From positions 1-64,000 of the forward strand of contig QPMI01000682.1 of assembly GCA_004431415.1 (NCBI GenBank): DNA of 64,000 nucleotides. The letters run 5' to 3'. Shown here piece after piece: positions 13,751 to 25,500 of the stretch. A model generated the notes under the pieces. That model searched no databases. It saw only the letters and a program-made list of their open reading frames with translations, and was not told the DNA's origin. Within the stretch, counting starts at the first letter, position 1; every line of letters starts with the position of its first letter. Position numbers and translations under genes: made by a program. This DNA is from Cyanophora paradoxa CCMP329 (Eukaryota > Plantae > Glaucophyta).

Positions 13751-14506
13751 CTACGCGTCACCGCCGTCGCGGGGGCCCGCCACGAGGAGGTCGTAGTGGT
13801 GGAGCCGGATGACGCTGCCGGGGTGGAAGCGGAGGTTGATCGCGACGCCGGAGGGGCCGGCCCCCCCCGAGGGGACGGCGGGCCCGGGTCCTACAGGCTC
13901 AGGCCCCGGGGCGGACGGCGCGTCACCGGCAACGAGGTCCGGGGATGCATCGGCGAGGCCCGGCCCGGATCCGGAGAGGGCTGGAAGGGCGCCACGCCCC
14001 CTCGGCCCGGCGGCCTGCGGGGGGAGCGATCAGGGCGGCGAGGGCGCGGCCAGGCACGTGCGCGGGGACGCGCCTTCTTCCCTCCCCCCCCCTTCTTCCC
14101 CTTCTTCTTCCCCATCTTCTCCTTCTCCTCCTCCTCCCCCTCCTCGGGGGCCGGGGGAGGGTCCTTCGCGTCGACGCGTACGACGAGGGAGTCCCAGCCG
14201 CCGCCGCACCGCACAAAGTGCACGACCAGCGGCGCCTTGAAGATCTCCGAAAGGGCGAGGAGGACGATCCGACCTGCAGCGCGATCAAACCCGAGGGGAG
14301 CGACCTAGGCCTGCACGGAGATAGAGGGCAACTGCCTCGAGGTTGACCAGCTCCGCAACGCTCGCCGGCACGCGTGCGATCTCGTTGCCGGAAAGGAAAA
14401 GCGCAGTCACGTTTCTCGGGCCGACGCGCTCGAGGTCCCGCGTCGGCCACTCCGTCAGGTTTCCGTCTCGCAGGTCCAGCCGGCCGGTGGCCGCGAACCA
14501 CACCAT
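13751..14506 (-). CDS. Small spliced protein with an N-terminal leucine-rich-repeat-like segment and a Glu/Lys-rich linker
   Basis: The first exon reads MVWFAATGRLDLRDGNLTEWP..VTALFLSGNEIARVPASVAELVNLE (LRR consensus LxLxxNxIxxVP). Later exons include EEGEEEEKEKMGKKKGKK and ..RLHHYDLLVAGPRDGGDA*. Splicing is not fully resolved. Confidence 0.45.
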
Positions 14507-14747
14507 ATCTGGTGCTAGCGCTCCTCACGCGCGCCCGAGCCTCGCCGTCGATCGGCTGCAGCTAGCGGGCGCGCTGCAGCTGGTGGATGGTGGTGCTTCT
14601 TCTTGAGTGTGCAGTGGGCTTAACGTGCATAAAGTATGTTACAGCTTTTTAAGAACGTGTTAGAGCTCTCTCTGTCCCGGTCCCGCTGCTTTCGCTCGAA
14701 TTCGCTCAATTTCGCTGACCAGCCGGGGTACGCTGCAAAAGTCTACG

Positions 14748-16886
14748 ATGACCGGCCCGATCCCTCGCGCCGTAGAGTTCAAAGACGGCGCGCTGCGCCT
14801 GATAGACCAGAAGGTCCTGCCAACTGAGCTGAAGGCCCGCCCCCCGTCCGCCAGCTGCGGTTGCGCTCCACTCACGCAAGGCGCGCCGGCAGATCCTGAC
14901 GATCAACACGCTCGAGGGGGTCTATGCTGCGATCAAGGACATGACCGTTCGCGGGGCGCCGGCGATCGGTGCTTCGCGCTCGAGCGATCCAGTGTGGGCG
15001 AAGGGAGCTGACGCGTGCGGGCTCGCTATGCAGGCGTCGCGGGAGCCTATGGCATGGTGATTGCGGCGCGCGCGTCGACTGCGAAGGAGCGCGAGCCGCT
15101 CGTCGCCGATCTCACGAAGGCGAAGGCCTACCTCGACTCGTCCCGGCCCACGGCTGTGAACGTGCGCGGGGCCGCCGGGCGCCCTCGGTGCGCCCTCACC
15201 GCGAGGCAGCTCATGTGGGCGACGGGCCGAATGCTGGAGGTCGCGACCGGGAACGCGAGCCTCTCCGCGGAGCAGGCACCCTCCTCCCCGCCCGCCGGCC
15301 CCGCGCTCCTCGACTCCGCAGCAGATCCGACGCGCGCTCGCGATGGAGGCCGACGCGCTCGCCGCGGAGGACATCGCTGTGAACCGCCGCATCGGGCACG
15401 CCGCCCTCGCCTCGAGCCCGCCCGCCGCCCGCCGCCGCCGCCGCTCACCCCGCGCGTAGCGAGGCTGGCGCGGCGGTGATCCCGCAGAATGCGAACCTGC
15501 TTCACCACTGCAACACAGGCGCTGCACGCGTCGCGCCGTGACGCGCACGCGACCTGACTCGTCGCGCGCCCTCGCAGGTTTCCTGGGTGCGCCCCGCGAT
15601 TGCGCGGCGGGCGCCCCGGTCGCCGCCGCCGCGGGTCCCAACGCATAGTTCTCAGCAACCGTCGACCACGGCACCGCTCTCGGGATCATCTACTCGTGCG
15701 TCGAGCAGGTGCGGCCAGCCTCGCCCCGCCTCGCCCCGGAAGCCCAGCACGGGGTGCCGGCGCGCCTGACTCCGCCCGCAGAAGAAGAACGTGCGCGCTC
15801 CTAGCTGATCTCTCACGGGCCGGTCCTCCGCGGCGCACATGCGGCTGACGGGTGGGCGCCGCCCTCAGATCCACGTCTGGGTCGACGAGACGCGGCCCCG
15901 GCTGCAGGTCGGCCACGCCGCGCCCACCCGCCGCCCCGCCCCCGCCGGCCCCGACCTTACGACGACCCCGCAGGGCGCCCGCCTCACGGCCTGGGAGCTC
16001 ATGCAGCGGAGAGTGCGCGCCGGCGCCGCGGGGCCCCGCCGGCTCGCTCGGCACGCGCCCGAACCGAGATGCCCCCCTCCCCCTCACGTCAGGTCCCCAT
16101 GCACCTGATAGCGGACAACGCGGCCGGGCTCCTCATGCGGACAGGGAAGTGCGTCGTACCCCCTGCCTCGGTCGTACCGCCCTCGAGCCGGCGCAGGGTC
16201 GACGCGGTGGTATTCGGGGCCGACCGCGTGACGGGTGCCGGCGCCGCGCCGCCGCCTCCCCGCCGCCCCCGCCGCCGGAGCGAGCGGGCGGGGGCGCAGC
16301 GAACGGGGACGTGGCAAACAAGGTGGGCACCTACAAGCTCGCCGTCGTCGCCCGCGAGAACGGCATCCCCGTCTACGCCGCCGTGCGGGGGCCCCCGCAC
16401 GCCCCTCGGGGCGGGGCGCGAGCGACGCCGCCCGCGCAGGTCCCGACCTCGACCATCGACCTGAACATGGCGCACGGCGATCTGATCCCCATCGAAGAGC
16501 GGTCGGCCGACGAGGCGCGCCCCGCCCCCGCCCCGGCGTGAAAGGGGGGGAGGCGGGCGGGCCCTGGTTTCATGCTTGCGTCACCCCTGCAGGTGACCCA
16601 CGTGAACGGCTCGGCGGTCGCCCCGGAGGGCGTCCCCGTCTTCAACCCGGCCTTCGACGTCACGCCGCACAAGTACCTCACGGGTTCGAGCCGCGCCGGG
16701 GCCCGCTCCGGTGGGCCGGCGGCGATCGGGCGGCCGCGTGGCACCGCAGGGATCGTGACGGAGGCGGGCATCTGCTACCCGCCGTTCGGGGTGAGCCTGC
16801 GGCGCGCTGTCGAGGCGGTGCGGGCGGAGGTGGGCGCCACACGCGACGAGCGCCTCAAGACCATCCTGTCGGCAGTCCAACACTAG
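14748..16886 (+). CDS. MRI1: Methylthioribose-1-phosphate isomerase (methionine salvage, eIF-2B alpha-like family); 17 exons
   Basis: Manual splicing gives the diagnostic motifs [91 protein letters not shown] and [14 protein letters not shown]. The stop is at 16884-16886. Confidence 0.95.
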
Positions 16887-19057
16887 CAGGTACTACGGTA
16901 GACCAGCTTGTTGGGGAAGGGTAAAACACTTCCCCTGTCCCTGTCCCTTGGGCCCAACCCTACCCCAAATCCCATTTCCCCGACCTCCGCAAAACCGGGG
17001 CCGCGCGGTACACCCTGAAAGCGCATCCCCAGGGGACCCCGAAACCATGTCTCCCGATCCCGTCCGACCAAAGGGTGATCCAGGAACAGGCACCAACACC
17101 CGGGACAAAAATGGGTCCAGCGACGCACAGGGAGCAGATATACGGGCCAGACCAGTTCGAGGTCGTTGCGCGCATCATGTTCGACATTCCGTACTGCAAG
17201 CGCAAGGCCGGGCGCGAGCGCGGTCACGTGGGAGGACGCAGCGCGCGCTAGCCAATCACATTGGAGAGTCAGTTAACTTACCCTGAGAAACCTCTTAAAG
17301 TACCCCCCGGCCGCTTTCTCCCCCGGGCGCCGCAGCTCGGCTCGGCTCAACAATGGTTACGCCTCTCGCGCGCGCGGCAGCTTGCTGTGGCTCAGCGGCT
17401 AGCCGCGCCAGCCGCGCACGCTTCACCCGCGCCAACCGCGCCCCGACGCAATTGCACAAGCCGGCCGCAAGCCGGCCGCACTTGGCCGGCTATGCCACTT
17501 GCAACAAGCCGATGCCAGCGCGGTGCGCGCGCCGCGCGTCGCAGAGCCCCCCCGCGCGCGCGCGATGCGCATGCCTGCAGCTGCTGCAGCCGGCGCCGCT
17601 GATCATGAGCTGGCCCGCTGCACCGCTTTTTGAGCGGAACGTGAGCTTGAGCAGCGTCCCCGCGCCCGCGCCCAGATCGCGCGGAGGCCGAGGCGCCGGC
17701 GCCGGCCAGCCCCTATAGCTAGCTATGTAGCCACGCGCGCCGTGACGCACGTGCACCCGCAGCACATGCGCACTCGTGCACCCGCCACGCCTCCGCGCGC
17801 GACGGCCGCGGGGCATGCGCAGCCTGGCAGCTGCAGGAGCTCGAGCACGTCCATGGCCAGACAAGGTTCCCTCCCCCTTCCCAAGGCCCGGCCCGCGCCT
17901 TACATAGCTATAGCTAGCTCACTAGGCCCTGATCATGAGGCCTACCTCTAAGAGGACAGCTCGCCTCGATCGCGAAGACAGCTGCAGCCGCTGAGCTCGC
18001 CTGGCATGGCCAGCCTCGGCCGGAGCCGGCCCAGCGGCTCGCCCGGCCACCGCGCGCGCGCCTTCTTAAGCTTAAGCGCTAGTTTAAGTCCCTGCAGCTG
18101 CCCTCTGCATCTAGATCTTGGATTCACCGAGGTTAAATGCCCTTCCCCGGACCCAACTGACGCGCGCGGCAAGTCAGTGGCCCTTTATAGACCTCAGCAC
18201 GCTGCGGTCGCGAGCAATTGCAATCATTGAATGCCATGATGACTCTCTATAGCTATATCTCAGTGAGCCTCGGCCCTCGGACCGGCGTCGGATACTGGCT
18301 GCAGCTGTTATATACGTAGCCATTAACCTCGCAATTGCAATTTGCAAGCCTTGACGCTTATTAAGCGCCGCGGCGCCACCATCGCGTTCAACGGTTGGGA
18401 CCGGATCCGTCGCACGTCTCCGAGTCTCGCTTAATCGCCGAGAGAGTCGCCGCGCGCACGCGAACGTACTACGTGCTGGGCGACATCGACTGCAAATTCT
18501 GCAATCGCTGATGGATTGAAAAGCGATCCGTGCACGTGTCCGACGGTCCAGAACTTCTACATGTACAGATTTTGAGCACGAGCAGCTGCGTGCCGCGCCG
18601 GCTCAAGCTAAAGTACTAGTACTGAGGACTGATCGACCTAACTTTTGCTGTGATCACGCCCGACGGATGTACATGTACATGTACGCTAGGACTGCCACTA
18701 CTCTTTTGAAATGATCTGCGCATTTGGCCGTCGGGCCACCGACTAAAATAATCTTGCCTTCACACTAGTCTAGATTGATCGAGATGTATAGTACTAGTAC
18801 TGCTTTTCGATCGAGGCTGAATGGCAAAAGCGCGAATTCGAGGATCGTCCGAGGAAAAGCAAAAAAACCCACAAGACATCAGAAAACGCAAGGTTTACTA
18901 GGGATGAATAAACAGTCAGCGGTGCGGTGACTGAGCGAAGCGTGCCGTCGACAAGAAGCACAGGCGGGACGCGCGAAAGAGAACGAAAGCTGCGCATAGG
19001 ACGAATTCGGAGAATGAGGGCGAGGACGAGGCGAGGGGGCCGAGTCCGAGCCGAGGG

Positions 19058-21480
19058 CTACATGTCGCCCCAGAATACGCCGGAAGGGAAGTAGTGGGAA
19101 GGCTGGCCCTGTGCGCCCTGCAGGGCGGAGGGGTCGGGGGCGTCGTGGGAGGCGGTGAGGAAGGCCGGCGGGCGCTGCAGGGTCTCCATGCCGGCGGGGA
19201 GGAAGTGGGGCGAGGGGGCGCCCGCGGCGTAGGCGTAGGCGGCGGGCCCCTGCTGCGTGGCAAAGAGGGCCTGCGCGGCCCAGGGCGCCATCGCCCCCAG
19301 CCCGTAGCCGCGCATCCCCTCCCAGCCCTCCGCCTCGGCGAGGGCCCCCTGGAGGGCGTAGGCGGGGAGGGCGGAGAGGGCGAACGCCTGGTGCGCGCCT
19401 GCCGCCTCCTGCTCCAGCTGGTGCTGCTCCGCCTGGGCCTGGGCGCGGGCGTGGCCGTAGAGGCCGAGCTGCTGCTGCTGCAGGCGCTGCTGCTGCAGGC
19501 GCTGCTGCGCGAGGGCCTCGCGGTAGCGCTGTTGCATCAGCGCCGCCGCCGCCGCCGCCTGCCCGCTCTCCCCCGTCCCCTGCTTCGCGCCGGGGCTCGC
19601 GGAGAAGGACCCGGGCGGGAGCGACGCCGCTCCACCTTGCTGCTGCTGCTGCTGCTTCTGATGCTCCTGTTGATGGGGCTGCTTCTGCCGCGGCAGCTGC
19701 TGGAGCTGGGGCGACTGCTCTTCGCGCATGCGCCGTGCGGCCTGCTGCAGCGCGGTCTGATGCTGGGCCTGCTGGTGGGCCATCGCGAGGTGCAGCTGCT
19801 GCTGGATGGTGAGGCCGGCCCAGCCCATCGGCGCCTGCGCCGGCGACGCCTGCGCCCGCTGCGCGTGCTGCTGCACAACGCGCCCCCCCTCGAGGTACAT
19901 GGGGCCGCTCGGATGCGGCTGCGGGCGCGGCTTCGTGCGCCGCCCGCCCCCGCTGCTCCCGCCGCTGCTCCCGCCGTCGTCCCCCGGCCCCTCTTCCCCC
20001 TCCGCCTTGATCTGGAAGTTGACCGTGGAGACCTTGGTCGGCTTCTGCAGATGCTCCGACGAGCGCCCTGCGCACCACGCCCCGCCCCTCAGGCGCCGCC
20101 CACCCCGCGCTCTGGTCGAGGCCCGGCCCGGCGCACGCTTGCGGGCGGCCCCCGTGAGCACGCAGCCCGAGGGCGAATCGGGTCGGTCCAGGTCCTGCTG
20201 CGTCGCCGGGTCCGGCTCGCCCGGGAGCATCAGGGGGTACCGCGCCATGCCTGCGGGGCCGGGGGGGTCAGCGGCGGCCGCCACCGGGGCCGCCCCTCGA
20301 CCGCTGTCGCCCCTCGACTGCAGCGGCGCACCGTCCACCATCATCTTCTTCGACTCGGAGGAGCCGCGCGCCTTCACGTACATCTGCGAGCGCCGCCCTC
20401 ACGCCCGCCCCGCGCCCATCCCCCCGAGCGAGCCGGCCGGTCGCGGCGGCGAGGTGCACCTTGATGACGCCGCGAACGGCCAGACCCTTGCTCGCGCCGT
20501 CGCAGGTGATGTCTGTCGCGGGGCGTGAGCGAGCATGAGGGGGGGGGGGGGGGGGGGGGGGGGGCGGCAGCGTCTTACCGAGCCAGAACCAGCGGCGCCC
20601 ATGAAGGAACTGGAGGTTAGAATTAGAGCATGTATGAGGGCGAGGGGCGGCGGGTCTCGGACCGAGGTTGCGGCCAGGGCGAAGGTGAAGGATGCCTCTC
20701 CCGACTCCGTGACCTCTCCGTCTGCGGCGCGATCCGCCGTCAGATCGGCCCTGCTGCCGCCTCGCTCAAAGACTGCACGCCCCGGAGGAAGCGCGCACCC
20801 ATTTCGACGCGGGGCTCCGGCCCCGGCCGGCTATCGCTGAAGTACACGAACGGGAAGTCCCGCGGGCTCCGCTCTGTCGTGGAAGCCGAGGAGTCCTTCT
20901 CCTTCCCTTCACGCTTCGTTTCCACCAGCACTCTCGTATCCGCTGGGGGAAATCATCATACGAGAAACGATGGGGGCCGGGACAGTGGGCCGCAGGGGCA
21001 AGTGAAGCACCGCACCGTATCGCAAACAGACTTTCAACTGCACTCCTTTCCAAAGTGCGCATTCTTGGGGGTCCGTTGACGTGAGCGCGAGCCTGTAGCG
21101 TTGCTCGCTGACCATGGTGTAGCATACGGCCTTGTCGGTCGGGTCCACTCTGCGGGCGCGTGCCTGGGCGATGTGCACTTTGAGCATCAAAATAAGCAGA
21201 GCGCACCTGAATGCGTCAGCCCCATAGAACGAGCCTGAGCGGTGGCGTTAGCTGTTAAAGACACAGGCAGCACTTCAACAATATGTGACCTTCGTGCTTG
21301 TAAAGGCTGCGGCGTGCCAATGTTAGCGACAAAGACAGCCGCGCGGAAGCACAGAGCGCACTTTCGCTTCAAAAGTCGGAAAGTCGAGTCTGCCAGCGCC
21401 TGCGCCGGCGAATCCTGCGGCCAGAGCGACGACGGCTGCTGAGGAGCCCACGACCCTGTCAATTGGTTCGCAGCTTCCAT
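19058..21480 (-). CDS. Multi-exon hypothetical protein with a Gln/Ala-rich low-complexity C-terminus (possible transcription regulator)
   Basis: The long terminal exon has poly-Q tracts and ends ..GVFWGDM* at 19058. Upstream coding-like exons are flanked by splice signals. The start at ATG 21480 is tentative and no domain was recognised. Confidence 0.5.
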
Positions 21481-22366
21481 GGTTCACTTCACTGAAGCTG
21501 TTGGAGCTGTCGGGCTGTCGGAGATGTGAGAACTTCGCCAAATGGAAGCAGGGAGCACGAACAACATCCGTGCAGCACTCTCATAGTCTCCCTCCGATGC
21601 GCATTACTTGCTCTTCCCCTATCCAGCAGCGACTGCCTGATGCCGTCTCTCGCTGGAGTCTTTCGCGGTCGCTCCGATGCCCGGCGTCTTCGCTCGCTCA
21701 GAACTACAAATCAGAATTAGGATTTCTTGTTGCTCCAGCTGTTGCACAGCGGCTGCTTCTAGCTCGTAATGGTCCGATCGCTGTCGACTGCGCACTCGTA
21801 CTAGGACCGTCGGACTTCACTGCGCGTGCTGATCACTCTGGCACTGCAGGATCCGGACCAGTGCAAGTTGCAAGTTGGCTCGAGCTCGGAGTCGGAGCTC
21901 CGATCAGCCCTGCCAGCGGCTGAAGGCTGGAGCCTGGAATCGCCCTGGATCCGGAGGGCCAGTGGAGGCTGCTGGGGCGAGCTACCCGGTAGCTGGGGCC
22001 TTAAGCTTGCGCATGTGCTTCTTTGCACGCTGGGGTACGTCATACAGATTCGTAGCTTCGTCGACGTCCGACGGTCGACGTCGACGTTTTGCGTCACCAA
22101 TGACCTTTGATCCTCAGACTTTTGGCTGTAAGTTGCCTGTATAGACACGGAGGTTGCGATTAAAACTCTTGAATAAAAGATTCAGCGCACGTCATGATCA
22201 CATTATTAAATATAAATATGTAACTCGAGTTAAAATTACTCGACGTATATATATATATAAACGTATAATGTCGTATGTATACTTCCCTTTTGTTAATTTG
22301 TTCACATATAGTTCCCTTTTGTTAATTCGGCTTCGATGATAGTTCCATTATACTTCCCTATAGCCT

Positions 22367-22548
22367 GAGTGGATTACTCCAGCAAAGCGTGAGAGTAATC
22401 TGTCTTCTTCGAGCAAGGCCGCGCGGAGTGCGGAAGGCAGCGTGACGCCTTCCCCCGCGGCGCCGCTCGCGTACGCCCCCTTCGGGCTCAGATTTTGTGT
22501 ACCCGAGCCGGCTAGCGCAGGCTCGGGCTCTCGCGGCTTTTGCCGACC
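22367..22548 (+). repeat. Split direct repeat A1 (182 bp, left terminus)
   Basis: Identical by eye to 29695-29876. Confidence 0.93.
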
Positions 22549-22585
22549 ATTGCCAGCAGCAGCAGCTTGAAATCAGAGTCGCGAG

Positions 22586-25500
22586 ATGAGTGACAACGCG
22601 GGGCCACCGCGGCCGTACTTCCTAGCGAGCCAAGGTTCGCCGCCGCCCGATTCGCCGCCCCATGGGGATGCAGGTCGTGCTTTCACGAGCAACATGCGAC
22701 CGGCATCTCCACGGCGCGAACGGACGGCGCCTACGCGCACGCAACTCGCGGATCAGCAGAACCATTTGGAGTCAGAGCAACCACAGACTGAGGATCGGCC
22801 TCGGTTTCCTGGCCTCCGGGCTGCAGGAACCGATTCTGCACGTAGCCGATGGGCCTCTGGGCCGCACGAGCTAGTCGCGGGCCCGCGGGGCTCTTTCGGC
22901 CCACCGGACTCCTCGAGCACGCACCAGGCTGACGCGGGGCGGGGCTGCGTGCCATGCAAGAGCACAGAGCATGAAGGCTCACGCACGTTCCTGCTCGCGG
23001 CCGCAGGCACGCTGCACACGTTCATCAACCACCTGCGCCGCACGCGCGTCCAGCTGCCTCGCCGTTTCATGGCCCAGTCCATGCAGCACGTCCTGCACGG
23101 CCGCTACGCGGGCCCTGAGTCGACGGCGCGGCTCGCCGCCGACGAGAAACCGATCGCGGGCAAGGCGATGTCGCTCGGCGAGTACACGGCCGAGGGCCGG
23201 CTCTACGCGCTCTGCTACAGCGAACCGGCCGAGGGCACCGAATCGCAGCCCACGGCCGCTTTCGAGGTCCTGGAGACCGGCGAGTTCCGCTGGCTCGCCG
23301 GCGGCGAGCACGTCGAGCTGCTGAGCGAGCACGTCGTGGCGGTTCCTGCCACCACCGGCGCCGGCACGCCTCTCGAGTTGATCTACCACGACACGAACAC
23401 GCTCACGGAGCTGATCTACGCTAGCCGCCCGGAGGGCGACGTACCGAACCGCCGCCGCGAGCTCACGCAGGCGTACCTTGCCATCTTCCGGCGCATGGCG
23501 GCGCTCGCCGACGGCCAGCAGTTCGGCGACATCACCCTCGAACTCGTCCTGAAGCACATGCCGCACCAGCCGACTCTCGAGATGATAGCGCTGGGCACGC
23601 TCTCGCACCCGTTCATATTGGGCGGCCTCTGCGCGAGCACCAGCGACCCGGCCTTCCCGCGCGCCTTCCAGCAGCGATCGCGGCTTCCGCAGGCGTCGGT
23701 CGTGCGCGAGATGCTCAACTCGGGGCGCTGCCTCGTGCCTGGCTGGCAGGCCTTCGGACCCAACGGCTCGCACACTCCGCTCGGCGGCGGCCTGATCGGC
23801 ACTCTCGACCAGATCCTCGCTCCGGACATGATAGACTGGCCGGCGGCGGCGCGGTTCTTCGTGGGCCTGGCACCCGCCGCCGGCCCGACCCCGGGCCCGA
23901 GCGGCGCCAGCAACCACGCGGCGGCGCCCGGCGCCGGCGCCGGTTCGAGTTCGGCGGCCTCCGACTGGCTCGCGCTGCCGCCCCCGCCAGCGATCCCGAC
24001 GGCCCAGCCGGCGGGCGGCGCCGGTGCCGACGCCAGCGCTAGCGCTGGCTCGAGCTCGAGCTCGGCCCCGGCCGGCCCTGCCCCCTTCCTCGACGGCGCA
24101 AGCATCGCGGCGGCGCTAGGCCCAGCCCTCTCGCAGATGGCCGTGGGGGCCGTGCAGGCGGCCATGCAAGGCCTGCAGCCCCTCACCGGCTCCATCTCCA
24201 CCGCGATCGGCACCATCAACTCCAACCTGAACGTCCTGGCCTCCAACCAGTCGACGACCAAGCTCGAGTCCAAGGAGCACCGCGACCCTGCACCCAAGGA
24301 GGGCGCCATGGCAGCCTACACTACGTCAAAGGCGATCGACGCCCTCCTCGGCTCCTTCAACCTCAACACGCTGTTCCTCGACTTCCGCAGCAGCGCCGCG
24401 GAGCAGCTCACCAAGGCCCGCAAGGCGCGGGAGGGGTTCCTGCCGGTCAGCATCCTCAACAAGACAAACGACCTGGCGATGAAGGACCTCTTCCGCGCCA
24501 TCGGCTCTTCCTCCGCCTGGCACATGGCCTTCGCCGCCGCCGACGTCGCGGTCGAGATCCAGGGCGCCGCCCAGTTCCAACTCCTCATCAGCCTGCAGTC
24601 AGCGCAGCGCCTGCGGAAGGCTGGCGATGAGGCAGCAGCGAACGCCTCGGCGGCCTGTGCCCTTCACGTCTACCGCACCATCGAGGCGGCCACCGAGGTC
24701 CTCTTCGCCCTCGGCGGGGGCAACCCCATCTACACCCCCCACCGGAGCCCACCTGGCGCCCAGCCGCACAGCAACCCCCCCCCGGGGGGGCTGGCCCCCT
24801 CGATCGCGGCGTATGGCGCCTCCCTCCGGGCCCACGCCTCCTCTGCCGTCCTGCGTGAGACGGCAAAGGACATCGGCTGCAAGCTGCCCCTGGAGAAGAT
24901 CGGCGCGGACTCGGCCATCCACACGCACGAGCCCGTCCAGCTCTGGGACATCCGCGCGGCGGAGAAGAGCCTGACGACCCTGATCAAGTCGCCGGCCCTC
25001 GACTCCGACCCGACCAAGGTCAAGGCCTTCCTGGAGAAGGTTGGCGGCGCGACCAAGGCCGACGCCCTGGCCTCCGGGTCATCCAGCTCGTGCCAGGTCG
25101 ACGTCACGGGTGCGGGCTTGGCCCCACCGGCAGTGCTGACCTCAACACCTCGCCCCCCGCCTCGACCGGTCCCTTACGCTTTGCGCCTGTGCACACAGTG
25201 GCCGAGGAGGTCATCGAGCAGCTTGAGCGCAGGCTGGCCCGGGAGGCCCGTGGCGGCGGTGGCGGCGGCCAGCGCCAGCAGGCGCCCCAGCGCGACCGCA
25301 GCCCACGCCGCGACGACCGCCGTGATGACCGCCGCGACGACCGCCGCTTCGACGACCGCCGCGACGACCGCCGCGATGACCGCCGCGACGACCGCCGCGA
25401 CGACCGCCGCGACGATCGTGACCGCCGCGATGACCGCCGCGACGACCGCCGCGACGTGCGCCAGCGGCGCTAGGCACAGCGCTCGCGCTAGCGGTTCGGC

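Noticed and set aside
16915-18900. Intergenic palindromic words (TAGCTATGTA/TACATAGCTA, TGTACA repeats), possible MITE or ncRNA
   Set aside because: The matches are only about 10 bp, with no TSD and no recognisable RNA family.
314-21500. Many long overlapping Pro/Arg/Gly/Ala-rich ORFs in the six-frame track
   Set aside because: These are artefacts of very high GC content and read-through of short introns. Only fragments match real exons.
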